Assembly (NCBI GenBank): GCA_963850305.1 | Contig: CAWKKR010000008.1 | Coordinates: 1,632,001 to 1,696,000, forward strand | From: an uncultured delta proteobacterium | Lineage (GTDB): Bacteria > Myxococcota_A > Polyangia > Polyangiales > Polyangiaceae | Reading direction: 5' to 3' | Length of the DNA: 64,000 nucleotides | In this document: piece after piece, positions 7,002 through 18,800 of the stretch | Layout of the letters: each line of letters opens with the position of its first letter | How positions within the stretch are numbered: position 1 is the first letter of the stretch | The notes under the pieces: model-generated | Seen by the model: only the letters and a program-made list of their open reading frames with translations | The model's database searches: none | What the model was told of the DNA's origin: nothing | Position numbers and translations under genes: made by a program

Positions 7002-9872
7002 ATGCGCAGACTCCATACCTTTGCTTTCTTGTGCAGCGCTCTCATGTCCGCTGCACCGGCCTTTGCGGTTTCCACGACGCTGGTCATCAGCGAGTTCCGG
7101 ACGCGCGGTCCGAACGGCGCGAACGACGAATTCGTGGAGATCTTCAACAAGTCCGGCGCGACCGTCGCCGCAGGCGGATTCATGCTCAGGGCGGCCGACG
7201 CCGCCGGCAACACGGCCGCCCTCGCGCAGATCCCGGCGGGCACGAACATCGCATCGAAGCATTTCTACCTGTTCGCGAACAACGGCACCCAGGGCTACTC
7301 CGGGTCGGTCTCGCCCAACCAGACGTATACGCAGAGCATCCCCGACAGCGGCGGCATCGCGATCCTGAATGCCAGCAGCGTGATCATTGACGCGGTCGGC
7401 ACGAGCGCCACGAGTGCCTACGTGGAGGGCACGCCTCTCGCGCCGATGACCGCGAACGTCAATCAGAGCTATGAGCGCAACGACGGAGGGTGCGCCGCGA
7501 CTCAGGATACGGACGACAACGCCGCAGATTTTCGCTTCAACGCGGCGTCGTCCGGGCCGCAAAATAGCAGCTTCAATTGCTCGAGCTGTTCCGGCGTCGT
7601 GTGCGACTCGCCCCCGAACAGCCAGTGCTGGGCCACCGCGGGTACCTGTTCCGCCGGGACCTGCAATTACAAGCAGTCGGCGACCGGCACGTCCTGCAGC
7701 GATGGAGACGCTTGCACGGTCGGAGACTCCTGCGATTCGAGCGGCAACTGCGCCTCGGGTTCCGCGGCCGTGTGCAATTCGCCCCCGGCAAACGCGTGTT
7801 CCGATCCGCAGACGCTCGTCACGTACAGCCCCGCTGGCGTCTGTTCTTCGCTGGCTGGCTGCACGTACCAGAGCACATCGACTCAGTGCCCCTTCGGGTG
7901 CAACGGAAGCACGGCGCAGTGCAATCCCGACCCTTGTACGAACGTGAGTTGCACCACGCCGCCCACCAACGGCTGCTACGCCGCGGGGGGAACGTGTTCG
8001 AAGGGCTCATGCACGTATCTGCCCAACCCCGCCCTGACGCCCTGTACGGACGGCAACGCCTGCACGGTCGGAGATCAGTGTGACGGCAGCGGCACTTGCG
8101 AGCCTGGCACGGCGAAGCCCATCGACGACGGCAATCCCTGCACGCTGGATAGCTGCGATACCACCACGGGTGTGGTGTCACACACGAACGAGGACGGGAC
8201 GAATTGCGACGACGGGAACCTGTGCAACGGCGTCGCGACGTGCGTGGCTGGCGTCTGTACGAACGGCGCGCCCGTCGCCTGTACGACGCCCCCGATCGGT
8301 GGCTGCTACGCCGCGACGGGCACGTGCGCCCCGACGTCCGGCGCCTGTACGTACCCGCCGCTCAGTCAGGGCACTGCATGTGACGATGGCGAGAAGTGTA
8401 CGAGCCAGGACCAGTGCGATGGTAGCGGAGCGTGCAAGGGCTCGACCGTCGTCTGCACTCCGGGAGCGCCGACGTGCAGCGACGCGAATACCTCGACCAC
8501 ATTTTCCGGCGGAACGTGCCAGTCGGGGAACGGAACCTGCTCCTTCACGTCGAAGAACACCGCCTGCGCCTTCGGCTGTAACGCGGCCTCCGGTCTCTGC
8601 AACGCGGACCCCTGCATCGGCGTAGTGTGCAACACGCCACCGGCCGGCTTGCCCTCGGATCTTTGCCTGTCGAGCACCGGAACCTGCAGTGGGGGAACGT
8701 GTACTTACCCGCTGAAGGCTTCCGGCGCGAGCTGCGACGATGGGGATCCGTGCACCGGTAACGACCAGTGCAGCTCCGCGGGGAAGTGCGCCGGTACTCC
8801 GCTCCTCTGCAACACGCCACCCAACCCCGTATGCAAAGACTCCGGGACTTCCACCCAGGCCTCCGTGAACGGAACGTGCACGGCCGGGTCCTGTGGCTAC
8901 GTGACCGCCGACGTCGTGTGCCAGTTCGGCTGTGACGGCGCGACGGGCCTCTGCAAGGGCGACCCCTGCGCGACGGTCACCTGCGATCAGCCCCCGCTCG
9001 ACGGATGCCATCAGGCCCAAGGAACGTGCACCAACGGAAGCTGTGCATACGATCTGAAGCCGTCCGGTTCGAGCTGCGATGACGGCAATGCGTGCACGGA
9101 AAACGACGTCTGCGACGACACCGGCACCTGCGCCGGCGCCGCGCTCGAGTGCAATACTCCTCCCGCGTCCACCTGCTCGGACGCAAACACTTCGGTCGCT
9201 TATGCGTCGGCGGGCACCTGCGGAGCGGGTACCTGCGCGTATGCTCCGACGAGCACCGCATGCCCGAACGGGTGCGACGCCACGACCGGCCTCTGCAAGG
9301 GCGATCCCTGCGCAAGCGTGACCTGCGCGACGCCACCTGGCGCGTGCTTCCTCGACACCGGAACCTGTGCCGGGGGCACGTGCACGTACAGCCCGCGTCA
9401 GAGCGGCGTGCCCTGCGACGACGGCAATGCTTGCACGGCCGGCGACGAATGTGACGGTGCGGGGAATTGCGTGCCCGCGTCGACCGTGTGTGGGGACGGC
9501 GGCCCGAAGACCGACGGTGGTCCGGGCCCGGCCGCGGGGGGCGCTCCGAACCTCGACGGAGGCGTGCACGCTGGCGGTGCGAGCTCCGGCGGAGCGGCCG
9601 CTTCCGACGGCGGTCCGAGCGCAGGGGGAACGAACACCGGCGGAGCCGCCGGTGGCGGTGGCGGTGCTATTGGCGGCGGCGGTGTGGGCGGCTTCGTGAA
9701 CCTCCCGGACGGCGGGCTCGTACCGGAGGGTGGGACCGGATTCTCGAACGCCGGAGTGCGCGGTGGTTGCGGCTGCAGCGTGCCCGATACGAGGAGCCGA
9801 GCGCCGTGGCCGCTCTCGTTGCTCGCCCTGGGCGCCATCGTTCTACGCCGGCGAAGGCGACGAGCCGCGTGA
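7002..9872 (+). CDS. Secreted lamin-tail-domain protein with Cys-rich repeats and MYXO-CTERM sorting signal
   Basis: Signal peptide AFA; LVISEF..DEFVEIFN (LTD); repeated CDDGxxCT; C-terminal GGCGC-TM-RRRRRR. Confidence 0.88.
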   Translation: MRRLHTFAFLCSALMSAAPAFAVSTTLVISEFRTRGPNGANDEFVEIFNKSGATVAAGGFMLRAADAAGNTAALAQIPAGTNIASKHFYLFANNGTQGYSGSVSPNQTYTQSIPDSGGIAILNASSVIIDAVGTSATSAYVEGTPLAPMTANVNQSYERNDGGCAATQDTDDNAADFRFNAASSGPQNSSFNCSSCSGVVCDSPPNSQCWATAGTCSAGTCNYKQSATGTSCSDGDACTVGDSCDSSGNCASGSAAVCNSPPANACSDPQTLVTYSPAGVCSSLAGCTYQSTSTQCPFGCNGSTAQCNPDPCTNVSCTTPPTNGCYAAGGTCSKGSCTYLPNPALTPCTDGNACTVGDQCDGSGTCEPGTAKPIDDGNPCTLDSCDTTTGVVSHTNEDGTNCDDGNLCNGVATCVAGVCTNGAPVACTTPPIGGCYAATGTCAPTSGACTYPPLSQGTACDDGEKCTSQDQCDGSGACKGSTVVCTPGAPTCSDANTSTTFSGGTCQSGNGTCSFTSKNTACAFGCNAASGLCNADPCIGVVCNTPPAGLPSDLCLSSTGTCSGGTCTYPLKASGASCDDGDPCTGNDQCSSAGKCAGTPLLCNTPPNPVCKDSGTSTQASVNGTCTAGSCGYVTADVVCQFGCDGATGLCKGDPCATVTCDQPPLDGCHQAQGTCTNGSCAYDLKPSGSSCDDGNACTENDVCDDTGTCAGAALECNTPPASTCSDANTSVAYASAGTCGAGTCAYAPTSTACPNGCDATTGLCKGDPCASVTCATPPGACFLDTGTCAGGTCTYSPRQSGVPCDDGNACTAGDECDGAGNCVPASTVCGDGGPKTDGGPGPAAGGAPNLDGGVHAGGASSGGAAASDGGPSAGGTNTGGAAGGGGGAIGGGGVGGFVNLPDGGLVPEGGTGFSNAGVRGGCGCSVPDTRSRAPWPLSLLALGAIVLRRRRRRAA

Positions 9873-9910
9873 CGCCGGCGCGGTGAGCGCCCGCGGGTCC
9901 CTGACTCGCG

Positions 9911-10543
9911 TCACGGCCTCTTCTGATACGTTCCGACGAGCTCTGCACGACCTAGAACGTGGCCCTGCATCGCCCGTTCGAGCTCGACCTTCGTCGGTGC
10001 GGTGAGGCCGAGGACGGAATCGAGTGCATACAGCTCGTGCACGTACCGGTGGCGGCCGACTGGCGGACATGGGCCGCCGTAGCCGGCGTTGCCGAAATCG
10101 TTCCTTCCGGTTTGCGTTCCGGGCGGCAGGCCCGAGATAGCGGCGTTCTCCGGCAGGCCCGCGCTCGATGCGGGGATGTCGGAGAGCACCCAGTGAACCC
10201 AGGTTCGCGTCGGCGCCGCGGGATCCGGAGCGTCGGGATCGTCCTCGATCAACGCGAAGCTTTTCGTGCCCGCGGGAGCGCCGGACCAGGTCAGCGGCGG
10301 CGACACGTTCGCGCCCTGGCACGTGTACTTCGAGGGGATCGGCTGGAAGGGGGCGAACGCCGACGACGTGAGGGTCAGCTTGGAAACGGGCACGGCCTCG
10401 AGTTTTTCCGAGCCAGACCGAGTCGCCGCGGAAGTCGATCGCGCCTCGCACGAGGGGAGGCCCAGGGCCGCCGCTAACGCCAGCAGAAACGCCGGGCTGA
10501 CGCTCCGTCGCCCGCACCGTCCTCCGCTCGAATCGACGTCCAT
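9911..10543 (-). CDS. YbhB/YbcL (PEBP) family protein, probable lipoprotein
   Basis: LTSSAF, SPPLTWS, DPDAP, WVHWV, YGGPCPP.GRHRY. Confidence 0.93.
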   Translation of the reverse strand: MDVDSSGGRCGRRSVSPAFLLALAAALGLPSCEARSTSAATRSGSEKLEAVPVSKLTLTSSAFAPFQPIPSKYTCQGANVSPPLTWSGAPAGTKSFALIEDDPDAPDPAAPTRTWVHWVLSDIPASSAGLPENAAISGLPPGTQTGRNDFGNAGYGGPCPPVGRHRYVHELYALDSVLGLTAPTKVELERAMQGHVLGRAELVGTYQKRP

Positions 10544-10620
10544 CTTCGGCGATTGTAGTGCCGGACACCCGCTCGTCCACGGGAGTTCCTGCGATCATTT
10601 GGTGTAGCATCGCCGGCCTC

Positions 10621-12567
10621 ATGCAGAGCGCGGCCCAGGATCCGGCTTCACCGGAGGCGTCGGTCGACGGGATGGCGGGCGCCCGCGCGGCCGCCCTCCG
10701 CCGGCTCGCGCGCCTCCGCGCGTGCGCGACCCCCATGCTGCTCCTCGGGCCGATCGCGATGGTGCTGACCGTCGACATTGCGCGCCGTGGCTCCCGGCTG
10801 CTGGCGTTCGACGGCTTTTATCGAGAGACGTACCTGGCCGCCGTCGTGGAGAGCGTCATCGTCTGGGGGACCTTGCTCTATGCGTCGTCGCGCCGTCGCG
10901 GGGCCGTTCGGTGGGTTCTCGCGACGCTTTTCGTGGTTGGTATGACGCTCACCGTGGGGGGCCAGCGGTACTTTCACGACCAGTACAACGCCTACCTGAA
11001 CGTCGATGTGTCCGTCTTTGCATCGAACTTGATGGACAGCGTCTTCAACCAGCTCTTCGCCGACATCGGCAACTACCTCATCGCGAAGATACCGCCGCTC
11101 TGCGTGGCGCTGTTTCTGGTGTGGGCCGCGCGCCGCGTGATTCGCCCGCACCGTCGTCCGGCCGTCGTCACCGCGGCGCTCGCACCGGTCTTTCTCGTGG
11201 CGTCCTTCTTCATCCCGACCCAGCACCGCCATATCCAGGCGGCGACGCCGGATGTTCTTTATCTCGAGGCCATCGGCGGCCTCATTCGCACCCAGCTCGG
11301 GTTCACGGATCAGTCGCGCCAGCTCCGACCCAAGGTGAGGCACTCGCTGCCCGTCGTTCTCGCGAACCCGCGGCGCACGGGACCGCGTCCGAACATTCTT
11401 TTCGTGATTCTGGAGAGCGTCCGCGCCGATGCCGTGTGCATCGAGCCGGAGGAACATTGCCGGCGCACGCCCTATTCGGATGCACTCGTGCCGGATCGGT
11501 TTCCCCTGTTGCAGATGCGTTCGCTCGACTCGTGCACGGCGATTTCCCTGGCGGTGCTCTGGTCGGGCGTGGGCCCGAACGAGCCGAGAGAAGTCTTGCA
11601 CACCTGGCCGCTGATCTTCGATTACGCGAAGGCGGCCGGGTACGACACCGCGTTCTGGACGTCCCAGAACATGATGTTCGGTAACGCGCGGCTCTGGGTC
11701 AAGAACCTCGGAGTGAGTCAATTCACCAGCGCGACGGAGCTGGATCCGACGTCGGACCTCGACATGGGAGCTCCCGAAAAGCTGCTCGCCGATCATGTCG
11801 CCGCTCACATCGGCGAGCTCAAGGAGCCGTTCCTGGCGGTCGTCCAGTTCTCCAACATGCACTACCCGTACATGGTGGATCGCAAGGGCGAGATGCCGTT
11901 CGTGCCGTGGACGACGAGCAAGGCACCGGACGATAACGAGCACTTTTTCAATTACTACCTGAACGGGGTTCGCCAGCAGGACGCCCACGTCGCGGCGATC
12001 CTCGAGCGCGTGAAGAAGAGCGCGCTCGGCGATCACACGATCATCGTTTACACGAGCGACCACGCCGAGGCATTTCGCGAGCACGGACAGATGGGGCACA
12101 CGTTCAGCGTGCTCGACGAGGAGGTCCACGTGCCTGCCTGGATCGACGCACCCAAGGGTACGCTCAGCGCGGATCAGGAGCAGAACCTTCGTCAGAAGCG
12201 CCACGCCTTCACGTTTCACGTCGATCTCACCGCGACGATCCTCGATCTCCTGGGTGTCTGGGACGACCCCGGGATCGCGCGCTACCGATCCAGGATGCTC
12301 GGCATGAGCTTGCTGCGCCCCGGGAGCAACGAGGGCGCCATCCCGCTCACGAACTGCGCGGGGGTCTGGAGCTGCGCGTTCGAGAACTGGGGCTACATGC
12401 GAAAGAACCTGAAGCTCGAGGCGCGGGCCTGGGACCCCGAGTGGCATTGTTTCGACGTCGCCGGCGACCCGGGCGAGAAGACGAACCTGGGCCGCGCTGC
12501 GTGCGGCGACCTCGAGGACAGGGCACTCGCGACGTTCGGACGTCTCCCAGGGGGAGAGCGGCGTTGA
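10621..12567 (+). CDS. Membrane-anchored sulfatase/LtaS-like alkaline-phosphatase-superfamily protein; start uncertain
   Basis: About 5 N-terminal TMs; PNILFVILESVR, SCT, HYPY, YTSDHAE..EHG. Confidence 0.85.
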   Translation: MQSAAQDPASPEASVDGMAGARAAALRRLARLRACATPMLLLGPIAMVLTVDIARRGSRLLAFDGFYRETYLAAVVESVIVWGTLLYASSRRRGAVRWVLATLFVVGMTLTVGGQRYFHDQYNAYLNVDVSVFASNLMDSVFNQLFADIGNYLIAKIPPLCVALFLVWAARRVIRPHRRPAVVTAALAPVFLVASFFIPTQHRHIQAATPDVLYLEAIGGLIRTQLGFTDQSRQLRPKVRHSLPVVLANPRRTGPRPNILFVILESVRADAVCIEPEEHCRRTPYSDALVPDRFPLLQMRSLDSCTAISLAVLWSGVGPNEPREVLHTWPLIFDYAKAAGYDTAFWTSQNMMFGNARLWVKNLGVSQFTSATELDPTSDLDMGAPEKLLADHVAAHIGELKEPFLAVVQFSNMHYPYMVDRKGEMPFVPWTTSKAPDDNEHFFNYYLNGVRQQDAHVAAILERVKKSALGDHTIIVYTSDHAEAFREHGQMGHTFSVLDEEVHVPAWIDAPKGTLSADQEQNLRQKRHAFTFHVDLTATILDLLGVWDDPGIARYRSRMLGMSLLRPGSNEGAIPLTNCAGVWSCAFENWGYMRKNLKLEARAWDPEWHCFDVAGDPGEKTNLGRAACGDLEDRALATFGRLPGGERR

Positions 12568-12607
12568 GAAATTCGCAGCAACAAACCCTCGAAATCTCGG
12601 AGCCTAC

Positions 12608-13687
12608 ATGACGGCCATCGAATCCATCGATCTCTTTCGCGAATCCACGGCGTGTACCCAGCCGGGAACGCAGCTCAGGCTCGTTCGTGCGGAGGCCGCG
12701 CTGTTTCGCAAGTGGTTCGCCGCGACCGGCATGCCCGACTACGTCGAGACGTTCGATCTCGCGGCGATCCCGTATCCGACCGCGTTCGGCCTGTTCCGCG
12801 CGCACCGGACGCTGTCTCCCTTCGTGACGATCACGAATCGGATGACGGTGGTCCGGTTCAAGGACAGCGAAGGCAAGACGAGGACGTTGCTCTTCGATCC
12901 GAGCGACGTCGAGCTCGGCGCAAACGTGCCCTTTTATCGGGACCTCGCGGCGAAGACACCGAAACCCCTGCTCGCGCTCGGGTTGAAGCGTTTCGCCAGC
13001 GTGTCGGAGCATCTGCTCCGCGTCGGCATCGCGCCCGAGGAGGTCGATTATCTCGCGTTCGATCACCTGCACACCCAGGACGTGCGCCGCCTCGTCGGAA
13101 CGCGAAGCGCCGCCGCCGACATTTCACCGAACGGTCCGATCGCGCCGCTTCTTCCGAACGCGAAGCTCCTCGTGCAGCGCGTCGAACTCGAGCACGTTCG
13201 CGAGCTACATCCGATTCAGGCGCCCTGGTATCAACCCGAGACGTATCGTGATCTGCGGCCCGAGGCGATCTTGCCGCTCGACGGCGACGTGATCCTCGGT
13301 GAAGGCGTGGCTCTCCTGTCCACGCCCGGGCACGCGACCGGAAATCAATCGCTCGTACTCAACACGCGGACGGGCATCTGGGCGATGAGCGAGAACGTCA
13401 TTGCCGCGGAGCTCCTCGCGCCGGAGCTCTCGCAAATTCCCGGTGTGCGCGAGTCAGCCCGGCGCTGGGGCAACGAGGTGATCCTGAACGGCAACACCCT
13501 CGAAGCTACGGCCCTCCAGTACAACTCGATCATCAAGGAGAAGAGCGTCGTCGATCGTTCGACGAGGGATGATCGATTCTTGCAATTTTTCCCGACGTCC
13601 GAGCTCACGCAGAACTGGATCAGCCCCGGAACGCGACCGACGTTCGTGCACGGCAAGGTCACGCACGGCCATCTACGACTGTCGTGA
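12608..13687 (+). CDS. Metallo-beta-lactamase-fold hydrolase
   Basis: DHLHTQD (variant HxHxDH), TPGHATGNQS. Confidence 0.75.
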   Translation: MTAIESIDLFRESTACTQPGTQLRLVRAEAALFRKWFAATGMPDYVETFDLAAIPYPTAFGLFRAHRTLSPFVTITNRMTVVRFKDSEGKTRTLLFDPSDVELGANVPFYRDLAAKTPKPLLALGLKRFASVSEHLLRVGIAPEEVDYLAFDHLHTQDVRRLVGTRSAAADISPNGPIAPLLPNAKLLVQRVELEHVRELHPIQAPWYQPETYRDLRPEAILPLDGDVILGEGVALLSTPGHATGNQSLVLNTRTGIWAMSENVIAAELLAPELSQIPGVRESARRWGNEVILNGNTLEATALQYNSIIKEKSVVDRSTRDDRFLQFFPTSELTQNWISPGTRPTFVHGKVTHGHLRLS

Positions 13688-13726
13688 CTCGGTCCGACGC
13701 ACCGTCCGGCCCGAGCGTCTCGCGCG

Positions 13727-14680
13727 TCAGCTCAGCTCGAGCATGCGATCGATCGGAAGCTTCGCTCGAAGCCTCAGCTCTTCCGGCATCTCGATCCGCG
13801 GCTCCAGATCCTTCAGGCAGAGATAGAGCTTTTCCATCGTGTTCATGCGCATGAAGGGGCACTCGTTGCACGCGCAGTTACCGTCCGGCGGTGCCGCGAT
13901 GAACGTCTTCCCGGGCGCGGCTCGCTCCATCTGGTGCAGAATGCCGGACTCGGTCACGACGATGTAGGTGTCCGCGGGGTCGGTAATTGCGAACTTGAGG
14001 AGCGCGGTGGTCGAACCCACGAAATCGGCCATGGCGAGCAAGGGCTCTTCGCATTCCGGATGAGCAATCACCTTCGCGCCCGGGTGTCGCTCCTTCAGGT
14101 CCACGAGCTTGCGGAGGCTGAACGTTTCATGAACGACGCAGCTTCCCGGCCAGAGTTGCATGTCGCGCCCCGTTTCCTTCACCAGATAGCGTCCGAGGTT
14201 CCGGTCCGGAGAAAACAGGATCTTTCGACCTGCCGGGATCGCCTGAACGATCTTCTTCGCGTTGCTGGACGTGCAGATGTAGTCGCTCTCCGCTTTTACT
14301 TCGGCCGAGCAATTGATGTACGTGATCGAGACCGCACCCGGGTGCTCGGCTTTCCACTTCCGGAACGCGTCCACCGGGCAACCGTCTGCGAGCGAGCAAC
14401 CCGCCTTCATGTCCGGCACCACGACGACGCGCTCCGGGTTCAAGATCTTTGCCGTCTCCGCCATGAAATGGACGCCGGCGAACGCGATGACGTCCGCCTT
14501 GGTCTTCTTTGCTTCCTGCGCGAGCTGCAGCGAATCTCCGATGAAGTCGGCAAGATCCTGGATCTCGCTCTCCTGGTAGTAGTGGGCGAGCAGGATGGCG
14601 TTCCGTTCCTTCTTCAGCCTGCGGATCTCGCTCTCGAGATCTCTTTCGCGAACCGGCGCCGCGCGTCCGAGCGAAATCAT
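13727..14680 (-). CDS. nadA: Quinolinate synthase
   Basis: [40 protein letters not shown]. Confidence 0.97.
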   Translation of the reverse strand: MISLGRAAPVRERDLESEIRRLKKERNAILLAHYYQESEIQDLADFIGDSLQLAQEAKKTKADVIAFAGVHFMAETAKILNPERVVVVPDMKAGCSLADGCPVDAFRKWKAEHPGAVSITYINCSAEVKAESDYICTSSNAKKIVQAIPAGRKILFSPDRNLGRYLVKETGRDMQLWPGSCVVHETFSLRKLVDLKERHPGAKVIAHPECEEPLLAMADFVGSTTALLKFAITDPADTYIVVTESGILHQMERAAPGKTFIAAPPDGNCACNECPFMRMNTMEKLYLCLKDLEPRIEMPEELRLRAKLPIDRMLELS

Positions 14681-14738
14681 GGGCCACAAGATAGGACGAA
14701 CGAGCGCGACCTGCCAGGTGACGCGCGTCCGTTCGAAT

Positions 14739-15734
14739 TCAATCCGCGGGCGGCTTGTCCACTTTCGGAACGGCGGCCGCGAAGCGTTCGGCGAACGTCT
14801 CCGGCGGAACGGCCTTCGCGACGTCGAGCTCGAAACCTGGGACCGTCTTCGGCGCGAGCTTGCCGAGGAGCTCCTCGATTTCCCGCTTGCTCAGGCCATG
14901 GGCACCAAGCGCCTCCGCATTCACCGAGCCCGGCTTTCCGACCAGTCCGCCGTTCTCCGCCGAGACGAGTGAGCGGAGCGCCGCGAGTTCCATCCTCGAT
15001 AGTTTCGCGCCGGCCACGTCGTAGTCGATCCATGCCTCGTAACTGAGCGGCGCGACGCGCTGGAGCATGCCGGCCATCACGCGCCCGAATTCCTGAATTT
15101 CCCACTGTGCGTGAGGGTCCACGCGCAGCGTCAGAAAGTGGAGCAGGTTGTGTAGATCGATCTTCCAGTACCACTGCGTGTACGTCGAGAGCGGCAGATC
15201 GATCCGCGCGAGCTCTCGCGCGATGTCCTCGCCCATCATCCACTCGTACGCGCCGCGGCTCGCGTCACGGATCGTGTTCCATCGCTCGAGCGCCTCGTCG
15301 TAGCGCGCCGGATCCGCGGCTTGGCCGCTTCTTCCTTGGTTGTTGCGGCGACTTTGTTCCTGAAACTGCCCCGCGGGCGGGGTGTAAAAGAGCATGGGCA
15401 TGAGCGAGTAGCGTCCGGAATACTCGTTCACGTTCGCGGTTCGATGCCGGATCCACTGTCGTGCGACGAACATCGGCATGGAGCAATGGAACTTGAGCTC
15501 CACCATCTCGCTCGGTGTCGTGTGCGCGTGCCGCCGCAGATAACGAAGTAGCCCGCGCGTCTGGCTCTGCTTTCGCGTGCCGTACCCATAGCTCACGCGG
15601 GCGGCGCGCTCGACGCACTCGTCCGTGCCCATGTAGTCGACGAGCGAGACGAACCCATGGTCGAGCACGGGAAAGTAAAGACCGAGGATCTCCTCGGCTG
15701 CGGGTGCGACGGGTCTGCGAGTACTGGAAGACAC
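14739..15734 (-). CDS. thyX: FAD-dependent thymidylate synthase
   Basis: [30 protein letters not shown]. Confidence 0.97.
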   Translation of the reverse strand: MSSSTRRPVAPAAEEILGLYFPVLDHGFVSLVDYMGTDECVERAARVSYGYGTRKQSQTRGLLRYLRRHAHTTPSEMVELKFHCSMPMFVARQWIRHRTANVNEYSGRYSLMPMLFYTPPAGQFQEQSRRNNQGRSGQAADPARYDEALERWNTIRDASRGAYEWMMGEDIARELARIDLPLSTYTQWYWKIDLHNLLHFLTLRVDPHAQWEIQEFGRVMAGMLQRVAPLSYEAWIDYDVAGAKLSRMELAALRSLVSAENGGLVGKPGSVNAEALGAHGLSKREIEELLGKLAPKTVPGFELDVAKAVPPETFAERFAAAVPKVDKPPAD

Positions 15735-15833
15735 GAGGATCCGTCTATCATTACTCGCCCCGCGCGCCCACGGCGAGCGGCGTCCACCGCGAGTCGAGAG
15801 CGCCCTCGAACGAAGTGCTACCGTGGAGCTTCG

Positions 15834-18800
15834 TTGTCACGTAGCGCCAGGACCAACGTCGGAGATCCGACCCGGCCGCGCCTGCTCGCGGCGGCGGTGG
15901 TGTTCGTCGCCGTCTTGGAGGGCGCGATGAGCGCCGCTCGCACCGGACCCCCGACGGCGACGGCGGCGACGCCCGAGTTCGTCCGTGGCGCCCGGTGGTT
16001 CCCGGTCGTCGACGACCCCAATCCGCGCCTCACGATGTCCGAGCCGGACGGCAGCGTTCGTGTCGTGGAACGCGGGCTCCGGCTCGTCGAGCATCCCGAC
16101 GGGCGGATCGAGCGCGCGGCGGATCTGCTACCTGCCGACGGCCCGCTCGCGGCGCTCGAGCTTCCGGCGCGCTTCGGGGGCGGGTTCCTGTTTTCCGTCA
16201 ACGATCGCGGAACGAGGCTCTGGCGAGCGCAATCCTGGACGGCGCGGCTCGCCCCTCTCACGCGGCTGCCGTTCGAGTCCACGAGCATCGTCGCAGGGTT
16301 CGATCGTCTCTATGCCTCGAGCGCGAGCACCCACGCGCTCGTCGGGGTCGATCCCGCAACGGGAGCGCTCGTCGGAGGCGGGGCCCTTCCCGATGCGCCG
16401 GCGTATGGCGGCGCCGCGTTCGCCGACGCGTGGATGGGGGCCGTCGAGGTGGACATCCGGGGCGGTCTCGTCACCTTCGACGCGGGTGCGAGCTTCCACC
16501 CGGTGCGCGTGCCACTCGTGACACCGGGTGTTTTCGAGCAAGGCGGTCGCGTGGTGCTCGGAACGAACGACGGCGCGTTTGCGCTTTCGCCGTCCGGGGA
16601 ACTGGAGCGCCTCGACGGCCCGACCGCGGATGCGGTGTTCGACGATCTCCGTCCAGTGCCATCGCCAGACTCCGAAGACGACGATGTGCCGCTCACGTCC
16701 GGGCATCCTCGCGAGAACGTGCTGGGCGGCCGTTCGCTCGAGGTCGTGGCGCTCCGTGGTTTGCCGGACTCGTCGACGACTGCGGTCGTCGTCGCGAACG
16801 GCGTCCTCGCACGCGTCGATCTCATCGACGGCAAGATTCTGGCGGTCGACGCGCACGCCGTGCCTCCCGGTTCCGATTGCGAGGCCATCCGACTGTTTTC
16901 GGGCCTCGGTTTCGTGTGTGGTGAAGATCGAGGTGGGACGAGCGTCTATGCGCTGCACGTGCCGCTCACGCTGGCCCCGGTGCTCGCCTACCCGGCGCCG
17001 CGGGTGGTGCTATCGGGTGGGACCGGCTCGATCGCCGTCAGGGGCGGATGTCCGGGCTCGGTTCGCGATGATTCGACATATTGCATCGTGCCGGCGTCCG
17101 GCCCGCGCCGGGAAATTCGTGTCATGGGCAATCCCGGCGTGGAGCGGGTCGTCCCTCTGGGCGATGGTCGCGTGGTCGTCATCGTTCCGCCTGGCCGTGG
17201 AAGGTCCGGGGCGATCACGGTCGTTCCCGTCTCGGGCCCGCTCGAAGTGCACCCGTTGTCCCTCGACGCCGTGCCGTCGGACGAGAAGCGACTCGTGGAG
17301 CGAGGCTCGTGGCTCGATGGCGTCGTCGAGCGTGACACCGGAAAGCTTTCGGCGTGGATCGCCGGGTCCGAGCCGTTCCTGGGGGTTCGAGATCGGCCTC
17401 GGCGGCTCCGTCGTCGCTGGACCCGCGCGGACGGGGGTCGACCGCGCCAGCTTCTGTGGAGAACTTGCGTTCGTCACCGATGACAGAGGGGGAGGGAGTG
17501 AATCGACCGACGGCGGCCAGACCTGGTCCGATGCGGACCTGCCCGCCTCGGCGGATCCGGACGAGGCATCGTCGGTCCACGAACGCGGCTGTACGCGGGT
17601 TGGCGCCAGCATCGGTTCCTGGGTGAGGATCGGTTGGGGCAAAGCCGTCGGATCGCCCGCGCTGGCGCTGGCGGCAGAACCCCCCATGGTCAAGATGCCT
17701 CCTGCGCCGTTCGTGACTTGGGCGTTCGAGTGTGCGGCCACGGGCGAAGAGGAGACCTCCGCGAAGGTGGCCGCCGAGAACGGCGGTCCGCGACCGCCGC
17801 CCGAGTCGCCCGCAAGCGCTGCGAGACCGTCGTCAAGCGCAGTCCAGGAGCTCGAGACGAGCGCATTCCGTCCCTTTCTCGGTATGCCGAGCCCCCCACT
17901 TTTGGCCACGGATCTCGGTTTCGACTTCGGGACCGAGGATCAGATCGTGGAGGCGCGCGGCTACGCGTGGGGGGCGCGCGATGGGGAGTGGGATCGTGTG
18001 GGCAGATGGCAAGTGCGGGTCGCGGATCGCTTTCGGGTGAAGCACTCGATTTGGTCGACCGCACCCTCCCGATCGCCTTGGGCCGACGCCGCCTCGGCGG
18101 CCGAAGTGTTCGGGAGCGAACCCTCTCACCGAATCTCGAACGAGTGGAACGCGCTTGTCGATCCGGTCGAGGACGCGGGCGTTCTCCTGATGCGCACGGG
18201 CTCGGCGGTGCAGCTAGTAGCCATCGAACGGGATCGTGCGATGGTCGTCGCCGAAAATACCGAGCAATTTTCGCTCGACCGCATCGTTTCGGCCGTGAAG
18301 GTGCGCGACCGTTTTTACCTGGGTTCGGTCCCCGGCCCGCGCTCCCTCGACATTCTGTCCTTCGATCACGGGGAACTGGCGACCCTCGGCTCTTATCCTC
18401 GGTTTTCCGACCCTCGTTACGCAGAGTCCGATGCCCGCGTCGTCCGCACCGCTCGCGGCGACGGTCTCGGCATCTGGGTCATCGGCAGAGGCCAGTTCGG
18501 GACGGCAGGTGGCGGCGATACTTGGTTCGTATACCCGGTCGATCCAGCGACGGGATATGCGGGTCGTCCGACCGTCGTTCATCGGGACGTTCTCGCTCAT
18601 TCGCCCCGTCCGTGCGATCTCGATGCGGACGGCTGGGTCCTCACGTACGACGTGAGCCCGAGCGTTGGCCGGATCGACTTCACGAACACGCGCGAAAACC
18701 CGTCGATCGGGCGGGTAGAGGCTCGCTTGCTGCTCAATGATGACGGGCTCTGCCTCGATTCACTGGCAGCGCAGGTCGACGGGGACCCTCCCAAGCGTCT

